A DNA stretch of 64,000 nucleotides. Origin: Eledone cirrhosa. Lineage: Eukaryota. The notes beneath the pieces were generated by a model. The model saw only the letters and a program-made list of their open reading frames with translations. It searched no databases and was not told the origin of the DNA. The stretch is from positions 50,468,001-50,532,000 of the forward strand of contig OZ024751.1 of assembly GCA_964016885.1 (NCBI GenBank), written 5' to 3'. This document shows, in pieces, positions 52,801 through 64,000 of the stretch (positions are counted from its first letter, which is position 1; every line of letters begins with the position of its first letter). A program made the position numbers and the translations under genes.

Positions 52801-55800
52801 GGTCATGTAACCATATAAGTCTTTCTCATTGACTGTGGACCACTGTGTCAGGTCATGTAACCATATACAGTCTTTCTCATTTACTGTGGACCACTATGTC
52901 AGGTCATGTAACCATATACAGTCTTTCCCATTGACTGTGGACCATCATGTCAGGTCATGTAACCATATAAGTCTTTCTCATTGACTGTGGACCACTATGT
53001 CAGGTCATGTAACCATATACAGTCTTTCCTTTTGGCTGTGGACCACTATGTCAGGTCAGGTAACCATATACAGTCTTTCTCATTGACTGTGGACCACTAT
53101 GTCAGGTCAGGTAACCATATACAGTCTTTCCCATTGTTTGTGGACCACTATGTGAGGTCATGTAACCATATACAGTTTTTCTCATTGGCTGTGGACCACT
53201 ATGTCAGGTCATGTAACCATATACAGTCTTTCCTTTTGGCTGTGGACCACTATGTCAGGTCATGTAACCATATACAGTCTTTCTCATTGACTGTGGACCA
53301 CTGTGTCAGGTCATGTAACCATATACAGTCTTTCTCATTGACTGTGGACCACTTTGTCAGGTCATGTAACCATATACAGTCTTTCTCATTGACTGTGGAC
53401 CACTATGTCAGGTCATGTAACCATATACAGTCTTTCCCATTGACTGTGGGCCACTATGTCAGGTCATGTAACCATATACAGTATTTCCCATTGACTGTGG
53501 ACCACTGTGTCAGGTCATGTAACCATATACAGTCTTTCTCATTGTCTGTGGACCACTATGTCAGGTCATGTAACCATATAAGTCTTTCTCATTGACTGTG
53601 GACCACTGTGTCAGGTCATGTAACCATATACAGTCTTTCTCATTTACTGTGGACCACTATGTCAGGTCATGTAACCATATACAGTCTTTCCCATTGACTG
53701 TGGGCCACTATGTCAGGTCATGTAACCATATACAGTATTTCCCATTGACTGTGGACCACTATGTCAGGTCATGTAACCATATAAGTCTTTCTCATTGACT
53801 GTGGACCACTATGTCAGGTCATGTAACCATATACAGTCTTTCCTTTTGGCTGTGGACCACTATGTCAGGTCAGGTAACCATATACAGTCTTTCTCATTGA
53901 CTGTGGACCACTATGTCAGGTCAGGTAACCATATACAGTCTTTCCCATTGTTTGTGGACCACTATGTGAGGTCATGTAACCATATACAGTCTTTCTCATT
54001 GGCTGTGGACCACTATGTCAGGTCATGTAACCATATACAGTCTTTCTCATTGACTGTGGACCACTATGTGAGGTCATGTAACCATATACAGTCTTTCTCA
54101 TTGGCTGTGGACCACTATGTCAGGTCATGTAACCATATACAGTCTTTCTCATTGGCTGTGGGCCACTATGTCAGGTCATGTAACCATATACAGTCTTTCT
54201 CATTGGCTGTGGGCCACTATGTCAGGTCAAGTAACCATATACAGTCTTTCACATTGACTGTGGACCACTATGTCAGGTCATGTAACCATATACAGTCTTT
54301 CTCATTGACTGTGGACCACTATGTCAGGTCATGTAACCATATACATTCTTTCCCATTGACTGTGGACCACTATGTCAGGTCATGTAACCATATACAGTCT
54401 TTCCCATTGTCTGTAAACCACTATGTCAGGTCATGTAACCATATACATTCTTTCCCATTGACTGTGGACCACTATGTCAGGTCATGTAACCATATACAGT
54501 CTTTCCCATTGTCTGTAAACCACTATGTCAGGTCATGTAACCATATACAGTCTTTCCCATTGTTTCTGGACCACTATGTGAGGTCATGTAACCATATACA
54601 GTCTTTCTCATTGGCTGTGGGCCACTATGTCAGGTCATGTAACCATATACAGTCTTTCTCATTGGCTGTGGGCCACTATGTCAGGTCATGTAACCATATA
54701 CAGTCTTTCTCATTGGCTGTGGGCCACTATGTCAGGTCATGTAACCGTATACAGTCTTTCTCATTGACTGTGGACCACTATGTCAGGTCAGGTAACCATA
54801 TACAGTCTTTCCCATTGTTTGTGGACCACTATGTGAGGTCATGTAACCATATACAGTCTTTCTCATTGACTGTGGACCACTATGTCAGGTCAGGTAACCA
54901 TATACAGTCTTTCCCATTGTTTGTGGGCCACTATGTGAGGTCATGTAACCATATACAGTCTTTCCCATTGACTGTGGACCACTATGTCAGGTCATGTAAC
55001 CATATACAGTATCTCCTTTTGGCTGTGGACCACTATGTCAGGTCATGTAACCATATACAGTCTTTCTCATTGGATGTGGGCCACTATGTCAGGTCATGTA
55101 ACCATATACAGTATCTCCTTTTGGCTGTGGACCACTATGTCAGGTCATGTAACCATATACAGTCTTTCTCATTGACTGTGGACCACTGTGTCAGGTCATG
55201 TAACCATATACAGTCTTTCCCATTGACTGTGGACCACTATGTCAGGTCATGTAACCATATACAGTCTTTCTCATTGACTGTGGACCACTATGTCAGGTCA
55301 TGTAACCATATACAGTCTTTCTCATTGGCTGTGGACCACTATGTCAGGTCATGTAACCATATACAGTCTTTCCCATTGACTGTGGGCCACTATGTCAGGT
55401 CATGTAACCATATACAGTATCTCCTTTTGGCTGTGGACCACTATGTCAGGTCAGGTAACCATATACAGTCTTTCTCATTGACTGTGGACCACTATGTCAG
55501 GTCAGGTAACCATATACAGTCTTTCCCATTGTTTGTGGACCACTATGTGAGGTCATGTAACCATATACAGTCTTTCTCATTGGCTGTGGGCCACTATGTC
55601 AGGTCATGTAACCATATACAGTCTTTCTCATTGGCTGTGGGCCACTATGTCAGGTCATGTAACCATATACAGTATTTCCCATTGGCTGTGGACCACTATG
55701 TCAGGTCATGTAACCATATACAGTCTTTCTCATTGACTGTGGATCACTATGTCAGGTCATGTAACCATATAGTCTTTCCCATTGTCTGTGGACCACTATG

Positions 55801-58800
55801 TCAGGTCATGTAACCATATACAGTCTTTCTCATTGACTGTGGACCACTGTCAGGTCATGTAACCATATACAGTAATCCCATTGACTGTGGACCACTATGT
55901 CAGGGCATGTAACCATATACAGTCTTTCCCATTGACTGTGGACCACTATGTCAGGTCATGTAACCATATAAGTCTTTCTCATTGACTGTGGACCACTGTG
56001 TCAGGTCATGTAACCATATACAGTCTTTCTCATTGACTGTGGACCACTATGTCAGGTCATGTAACCATATACAGTCTTTCCCATTGTCTGTGGACCAATA
56101 TGTCAGGTCATGTAACCATATACAGTCTTTCCCATTGTCTGTGGACCAATATGTCAGGTCATGTAACCTTATACAGTATTTCCCATTGACTGTGGACCAC
56201 TGTCAGGTCATGTAACCTTATACAGTATTTCCCATTGACTGTGGACCACTATGTCAGGTCATGTAACCATATACAGTCTTTCCCATTGACTGTGGACCAC
56301 TATGTCAGGTCATGTAACCATATACAGTCTTTCTCATTGACTGTGGACCACTGTATCAGGTCATGTAACCATATACAGTCTTTCTTATTGACTGTGGACC
56401 ACTATGTCAGGTCATGTAACCATATACAGTCTTTCTCATTGACTGTGGACCACTGTGTCAGGTCATGTAACCATATACAGTCTTTCTCATTGACTGTGGA
56501 CCACTGTATCAGGTCATGTAACCATATACAGTCTTTCTTATTGACTGTGGACCACTATGTCAGGTCATGTAACCATATACAGTCTTTCCCATTGACTGTG
56601 GACCACTATGTCAGGTCATGTAACCATATACAGTCTTTCCCATTGACTGTGGACCACTATGTCAGGTCATGTAACCATATACAGTCTTTCCCATTGTCTG
56701 TGGACCACTATGTCAGGTCATGTAACCATATACAGTCTTTCTCATTGACTGTGGACCACTGTCAGGTCATGTAACCATATACAGTAATCCCATTGACTGT
56801 GAACCACTGTGTCAGGTCATGTAACCATATACAGTATTTCCCATTGACTGTGGACCACTATGTCAGGTCCTGTAACCATATAAGTCTTTCTCATTGACTG
56901 TGGACCACTATGTCAGGTCATGTAACCATATACAGTCTTTCTCATTGACTGTGGACCACTGTGTCAGGTCATGTAACCATATACAGTCTTTCTCATTGTC
57001 TGTGGACCACTATGTCAGGTCATGTAACCATATACAGTCTTTCTCATTGTCTGTGGACCACTATGTCAGGTCATGTAACCATATAAGTCTTTCTCATTGA
57101 CTGTGGACCACTGTGTCAGGTCATGTAACCGTATACAGTCTTTCTCATTGTCTGTGGACCACTATGTCAGGTCATGTAACCATATACAGTATTTCCCATT
57201 GACTGTGGACCACTATGTCAGGTCATGTAACCATATAAGTCTTTCTCATTGACTGTGGACCACTGTGTCAGGTCATGTAACCATATAAGTCTTTCTCATT
57301 GACTGTGGACCACTGTGTCAGGTCATGTAACCATATACAGTCTTTCTCATTGGCTGTGGACCACTATGTCAGGTCATGTAACCATATACAGTCTTTCTCA
57401 TTGGCTGTGGACCACTATGTCAGGTCATGTAACCATATACAGTCTTTCTCATTGACTGTGGACCACTGTCAGGTCATGTAACCATATACAGTAATCCCAT
57501 TGACTGTGGACCACTATGTCAGGTCAAGTAACCATATACAGTCTTTCCCATTGACTGTGGGCCACTATGTCAGGTCATGTAACCATATACAGTATTTCCC
57601 ATTATCTGTGGACCACTATGTCAGGTCATGTAACCATATACAGTCTTTCTCATTGACTGTGGACCACTATGTCAGGTCATGTAACCATATACAGTCTTTC
57701 CCATTGACTGTGGACCACTATGTCAAGTCATGTAACCATATACAGTCTTTCTCATTGACTGTGGACCACTGTCAGGTTATGTAACCATATACAGTAATCC
57801 CATTGACTGTGGACCACTATGTCAGGTCAAGTAACCATATACAGTCTTTCCCATTGGCTGTGGACCACTATGTCAGGTCATGTAACCATATACAGTCTTT
57901 CCCATTGACTGTGGACCACTATATCAGGTCATGTAACCATATACAGTCTTTCCCATTGACTGTGGGCCACTATGTCAGGTCATGTAACCATATACATTCT
58001 TTCCCATTGACTGTGGACAACTATGTCAGGTCATGTAACCATATACAGTCTTTCCCATTGACTGTGGACCACTATGTCAGGTCATGTAACCATATACAGT
58101 CTTTCCCATTGACTGTGGACCACTATGTCAGGTCATGTAACCATATACAGTCTTTCCCATTGACTGTGGGCCACTATGTCAGGTCATGTAACCATATACA
58201 GTCTTTCCCATTGACTGTGGGCCACTATGTCAGGTCATGTAACCAGAAACAGTCTTTCCCATTGACTGTGGACCACTATGTCAGGTCATGTAACCATATA
58301 CAGTCTTTCCCATTGACTGTGGACCACTATGTCAGGTCATGTAACCATATACAGTCTTTCCCATTGACTGTGGGCCACTATGTCAGGTCATGTAACCATA
58401 TACAGTCTTTCCCATTGACTGTGGACCACTATGTCAGGTCATGTAACCATATACAGTCTTTCCCATTGACTGTGGACCACTATGTCAGGTCATGTAACCA
58501 TATACAGTCTTTCCCATTGTCTGTGGACCACTGTCAGGTCATGTAACCATATACAGTCTTTCCCATTGTCTGTGGACCACTATGTCAGGTCATGTAACCA
58601 TATACAGTCTTTCCCATTGGCTGTGGACCACTATGTCAGGTCAAGTAACCATATACAGTCTTTCCCATTGGCTGTGGACCACTATGTCAGGTCATGTAAC
58701 CATATACAGTCTTTCACATTGACTGTGGACCACTATGTCAGGTCATGTAACCATATACAGTCTTTCTCATTGACTGTGGGCCACTATGTCAGGTCATGTA

Positions 58801-61036
58801 ACCATATACAGTCTTTCCCATTGACTGTGGGCCACTATGTCAGGTCATGTAACCATATACAGTCTTTCCCATTGACTGTGGGCCACTATGTCAGGTCATG
58901 TAACCATATACAGTCTTTCCCATTGACTGTGGGCCACTATGTCAGGTCATGTAACCATATACAGTCTTTCCCATTGACTGTGGACCACTATGTCAGGTCA
59001 TGTAACCATATACAGTCTTTCCCATTGACTGTGGGCCACTATGTCAGGTCATGTAACCATATACAGTCTTTCCCATTGACTGTGGACCACTATATCAGGT
59101 CATGTAACCATATACAGTCTTTCCCATTGACTGTGGACCACTATGTCAGGTCATGTAACCATATACAGTCTTTCCCATTGACTGTGGACCACTATGTCAG
59201 GTCATGTAACCATATACAGTCTTTCCCATTGACTGTGGGCCACTATGTCAGGTCATGTAACCATATACAGTCTTTCCCATTGTCTGTGGACCACTATGTC
59301 AGGTCATGTAACCATATACAGTATTTCCCATTGTCTGTGGACCACTATGTCAGGTCATGTAACCATATACAGTCTTTCCCATTGACTGTGGGCCACTATG
59401 TCAGGTCATGTAACCATATACAGTATTTCCCATTGTCTGTGGACCACTATGTCAGATCATGTAACCATATACAGTCTTTCCCATTGACTGTGGACCACTA
59501 TGTCAGGTCATGTAACCATATACAGTCTTTCCCATTGACTGTGGGCCACTATGTCAGGTCATGTAACCATATACAGTCTTTCCCATTGTCTGTGGACCAC
59601 TATGTCAGGTCATGTAACCATATACAGTATTTCCCATTGTCTGTGGACCACTATGTCAGGTCATGTAACCATACACAGTCTTTCCCATTGTCTGTGGACC
59701 ACTATGTCAGGTCATGTAACCATATACAGTCTTTCCCATTGTCTGTGGACCACTATGTCAGGTCATGTAACCATATACAGTCTTTCCCATTGTCTGTGGA
59801 CCACTATGTCAGGTCATGTAACCATATACAGTCTTTCTCATTGACTGTGGACCACTGTCAGGTCATGTAACCATATACAGTAATCCCATTGACTGTGGAC
59901 CACTATGTCATGTCAAGTAACCATATACAGTCTTTCCCATTGGCTGTGGACCACTATGTCAGGTCATGTAACCATATACAGTCTTTCCCATTGACTGTGG
60001 ACCACTATGTCAGGTCATGTAACCATATACAGTCTTTCCCATTGACTGTGGGCCACTATGTCAGGTCATGTAACCATATACAGTCTTTCCCATTGACTGT
60101 GGACAACTATGTCAGGTCATGTAACCATATACAGTATTTCGCATTGGCTGTGGACCACTATGTCAGGTCATGTAACCATATACAGTCTTTCCCATTGTCT
60201 GTGGACCACTGTGTCAGGTCAGGTAACCATATACAGTCTTTCCCATTGTTTGTGGACCACTATGTCAGGTCATGTAACCATATACAGTCTTTCTCATTGA
60301 CTGTGGACCACTGTGTCAGGTCATGTAACCATATACAGTCTTTCCCATTGACTGTGGGCCACTATGTCAGGTCATGTAACCATATACAGTCTTTCCCATT
60401 GTCTGTGGACCACTATGTCAGGTCATGTAACCATATACAGTCTTTCCCATTGTCTGTGGACCACTATGTCAGGTCATGTAACCATATACAGTCTTTCCCA
60501 TTGACTGTGGACCACTATGTCAGGTCATGTAACCATATACAGTATTTCGCATTGGCTGTGGACCACTATGTCAGGTCATGTAACCATATACAGTCTTTCC
60601 CATTGACTGTGGACCACTATGTCAGGTCATGTAACCATATACAGTCTTTCCCATTGACTGTGGACCACTATGTCAGGTCATGTAACCATATACAGTCTTT
60701 CCCATTGTCTGTGGACCACTATGTCAGGTCATGTAACCATATACAGTCTTTCTCATTGACTGTGGGCCACTATGTCAGGTCAGGTAACCATATACAGTCT
60801 TTCTCATTGGCTGTGGACCGCTATGTCAGGCCATGTAACCATATACAATCTTTCTCATTGGCTGTGGGCCGCTATGTCAGGTCATGTAACCATATACAGT
60901 CTTTCTCATTGGCTGTGGGCCACTATGTCAGGTCATGTAACCATATACAGTCTTTCTCATTGGCTGTGGGCCACTATGTCAGGTCATGTAACCATATACA
61001 GTCTTTCCTTTTAGCTGTGGACCACTATGTGAGAAA
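34831..61036. repeat. 26.2-kb satellite array of a 51-bp monomer (~515 copies) with a ~5.6-kb higher-order repeat
   Basis: Monomer CTGTGGACCACTATGTCAGGTCATGTAACCATATACAGTCTTTCYCATTGA; rare variants recur at 5584/5686-bp spacing. Confidence 0.99.
61015..61036 (+). other. Candidate 22-nt microexon at the array terminus
   Basis: TAAC...CAGTCTTTCCTTTTAG|CTGTGGACCACTATGTGAGAAA|GTGAGT. Confidence 0.35.
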
Positions 61037-61449
61037 GTGAGTGCCTCAGGTGTGTTGGCTAGTGTGTTGAGCTGTTGAAGCTAATATTAGAAGACTGATG
61101 TCAGAGTAAGAAGCCACTTGTTTATCTTTGATGAATTTGTTTTTATTAATTTTTTTCTGAATTGATTTTATATATTTTTCTTAAATTTTTGCTAGATTGA
61201 GATTGTTAATTAACACAGGATGCCTTCAGTTACGTGAATATGCATATAATCTCCCTTGATTAACAAGCAGACCTTGTATAAGAAAGCAGCACAAAGAATC
61301 ATATATTTTAACTTTTGTACATTGCGAAATATTTATCTCTCTCTCTTCTGCATTTCCCCACCACCACCATTTTATGTGTTAACTTTAATGGTTCCACTGT
61401 TGACCCTTAAAGGACACGAGTCGTTTTCATATCTTGAAATAGATTGGGA

Positions 61450-61635
61450 TTAGTGGCGGGCATGTAATTACGGCACTTTAAGATCTGAGTTCATATCCTG
61501 CCACGGTTAGCTTTGCCTTTCATCCTTACGTGGTCGATAAAATAAAGTACCAGTAATGCACTGGGGTCGATTTAATCGACTTTCCCCTCTGCCAAAATTG
61601 CTGGCCTTGTGCCTATATAAGAAACCATTATTATT
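61450..61635 (+). mobile_element. SINE family A, longer variant
   Basis: Family A core plus GGGGTCGATTTAATCGACTTTCCCC segment. Confidence 0.88.
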
Positions 61636-61865
61636 ACCGAAATACTGAATAAAAGATTTAAGGAACTCATAGGTTAACCTCAACAATATCTCTGCCGTAC
61701 CCACCCTTCAACAGTATCCATACTATAAAGCCCCTCCTTCTATCATCTTCAACGATATCTCTATCTTAAACCCCCACCTTCACCTTCTTCAACTATATCT
61801 CTGGCATCTTCACCCCCCCCCCCTCTCTATTACCTCTGCTGGGAACACTAATAATCATCATTTTG

Positions 61866-62047
61866 TGGCAGTATCGGTAGAGGGTTGGACGCCATGCTTT
61901 CCAGCATAGTTACGTCCCTTTACGATCTAAGTTCAAATCCCGCCTAGGTTGACTTTGCCTTTCATCCTTACGGGGTCGATAAAATTAAGTACCAGTAATG
62001 CACTGGGGGTAATTGCTGGCCTTGTGCCAAAAGTAGAAACAATTATT
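61866..62047 (+). mobile_element. SINE family A
   Basis: Full body; TSD ATTTTGTGGC. Confidence 0.95.
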
Positions 62048-62094
62048 TTGTGGCTTGGTTCTTCATTCTATCTGGTGTTGGTCAGATTAAATGA

Positions 62095-62510
62095 TGCTAT
62101 CACCATCATCACCATCACCATCACCATCATCATCACTATTACCATCTTCACCACTGCCATCATCACTATCATCATCATCATCACCATTATCACTATCAGC
62201 ATCATTACTACCATCTCTATCACCTTCACCATTAACTCTATCATCACCATTACCATCATCATCAGCATCACCACCTCCGTCATCACCATCATCATCACAC
62301 TATCACCATCACCAGTATGACCATCATCATTATAATCCCCATCAAGATCATCATCATCGTCATCCTCATTGTTATTATAATCATCATCATCATCAATATT
62401 ACCATTGTCATCAACACAATCATTGCCCTCATTATAGTCACCAATACCATCATCACCACTATCATAATCATCACCATCACAACCACCACCACCATCATCA
62501 TCATCATCAT
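62095..62510. repeat. (CAT/CAC)n microsatellite
   Basis: Direct reading. Confidence 0.95.
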
Positions 62511-63139
62511 ACCTTTACTTTCCTTACTTTCATATATGAAAGAACAAAAATAAGGAAGATTTAGAAATTGCATTTTATGTGGGTTTATTGTAAGGAGGAA
62601 GTGATGGGAGGGCAATAAAAGTTAAAATAAAACAATGGTGTTCACAGAAATTCTAGATTAGAAAGGGCAAGGTTAAAAAAAAAGTTTAATTATTCGATAA
62701 ATTAATTCCATTAATATATTCGTTAAATTAATTCCAAGAATATTAAATTAACCGAAAGTGGATTTCTCTGAAGAAATAAAAAAGAATTACCAACACAGAG
62801 AGAAACCTGAGAAATGTTGTGGGTGTCTGTTCAATTTATGTATTTATTTATAGAGCCTGAGGTGCTGAGACAATGGAGACCACGAGGCATGGGAGTAGCC
62901 ATTTCAGAATGTCAGACACATGATTCTGTTTTTTTTTATGCATCCTATCTGATGTTATTTACTCAGTACTGAGCATCTCCAGACAATGTTTTATTTGCTC
63001 TATATGCAAATGAGCAAGCAAGAAAGCATATAAGCTGTAGCTTTTTCTTGTGTCAGTACAGAGTGAGTCAACATTATCAATAAATAGATGTTGTAAATAT
63101 ATATGTTTGATGTTATTAGATGTAGATTTATGTTTGATA

Positions 63140-63368
63140 TTAACCCATTAGCATTTAAACTGGCCGTATCCGACCAGAATTCTCATATCTGTTTCTGTTC
63201 AAAACGGCCGTAATTGGCCACTCATACTGATGTTAAAATATTGTTCTCAAAATAAATAATATCAAAATCTCATAGATTCAATATTACGTGAGATAATTAT
63301 GTGAGGTAAAGTCTTTACCATGAAAATATAAAAGTAAATATAGAGTAATGTAAATGCTAATGGGTTAA
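63140..63368 (+). mobile_element. piggyBac-type MITE
   Basis: TTAA-CCCATTAGCATTTA...TAAATGCTAATGGG-TTAA, perfect 14-bp TIR. Confidence 0.93.
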
Positions 63369-63644
63369 GCTGACCTATAAGCAAAGGCACTCTCACCATG
63401 ACCATCTTGTCATTTTAGCAGTATGTAGGACCATACTATTTAACGTTGGGAAATTCAACTGTTAGTTTTAGTAAATCTAGTGACTAAATAGACACTCCTC
63501 CCTTGTTGGTTTGTGTGTTAACTAAGTTTGTTGTTTAGATAACTTAAATGTCAGATATTTCTGGAGTTAAGACCTGTTGATTAGCTTTAATTCTCTGTAT
63601 CTGTCTTCTTGAAGATACAGTAGTTGATGTCACTGTGCTGTACA

Positions 63645-64000
63645 GCTAAACTTCAGTTGTGTCTACTTTAGATATGTTATTGTACCACTAAACTTTAGTT
63701 GTGTCTGCTTAAGACACAATAGTCTTGTTATTGTACCACTAAACTTTAGTTGTGTCTGCTTAAGGACACTAATCTTGTTATTGTACCACTAAACTTCAGT
63801 TGTGTCTGCTTAAGGACACTAATCTTGTTATTGTACTTCTAAACTTCAGTTGTGTCTGCTTAAGGACACAATAGTCTTATGTTATTGTACCTCTAAACTT
63901 CAGTTGTGTCTGCTTAAGGACACAATAGTCTTATGTTATTGTACTTCTAAACTTCAGTTGTGTCTGCTTAAGGACACAATAGTCTTATGTTATTGTACCT
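63645..64000. repeat. ~50-55-bp minisatellite running off the window edge
   Basis: TAAACTTCAGTTGTGTCTGCTTAAGGACACAATAGTCTTATGTTATTGTACYTC. Confidence 0.95.

Noticed and set aside
34837-61040. Long ORFs (up to 672 aa) of a 17-aa repeat TVDHYVRSCNHIQSFSL as a repetitive His/Cys protein
   Set aside because: A 51-bp unit easily has one stop-free frame by chance. Frameshifting 49/50-bp units and stop-containing 48-bp units are frequent and propagated in the HOR, and there is no unique N- or C-terminal domain.
62854-62975. Plus-strand exon PEVLRQWRPRGMGVAISECQTHD after TTTATTTATAG
   Set aside because: Weak acceptor, no clear donor, phase incompatible with the 61015 microexon candidate, and no recognisable homology.

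Overview
AT-rich, microsatellite-dense eukaryotic DNA. The SINE, C2H2 zinc-finger and repeat repertoire looks like an octopod cephalopod (inferred from recall, not verified by a search). No intact protein-coding gene is evident, and nearly all listed ORFs are artefacts of simple or tandem repeats. The window is dominated by a ~26.2 kb array of a 51-bp monomer with a ~5.6 kb higher-order repeat (34.8-61.0 kb), a ~4 kb 31-bp array and several minisatellites. Interspersed elements include two abundant tRNA-derived SINE families, five TTAA-flanked piggyBac-type MITEs, a non-autonomous Helitron, a mariner remnant, and CR1, RTE and Ingi/Vingi-like LINE fragments. Most interesting: (i) five type-I hammerhead-ribozyme-like motifs of Penelope/retrozyme style, three clustered at 5.5-6.7 kb, two with unusually long helix II, and one abutting a perfect 34-bp palindrome; (ii) tandem arrays that appear built from splice signals, with the 26-kb array ending in a complete candidate 22-nt microexon; (iii) an AG|GTAAGT recursive-splice-like site; (iv) two frame-compatible minus-strand candidate exons that may form the 3' end of an unidentified gene.
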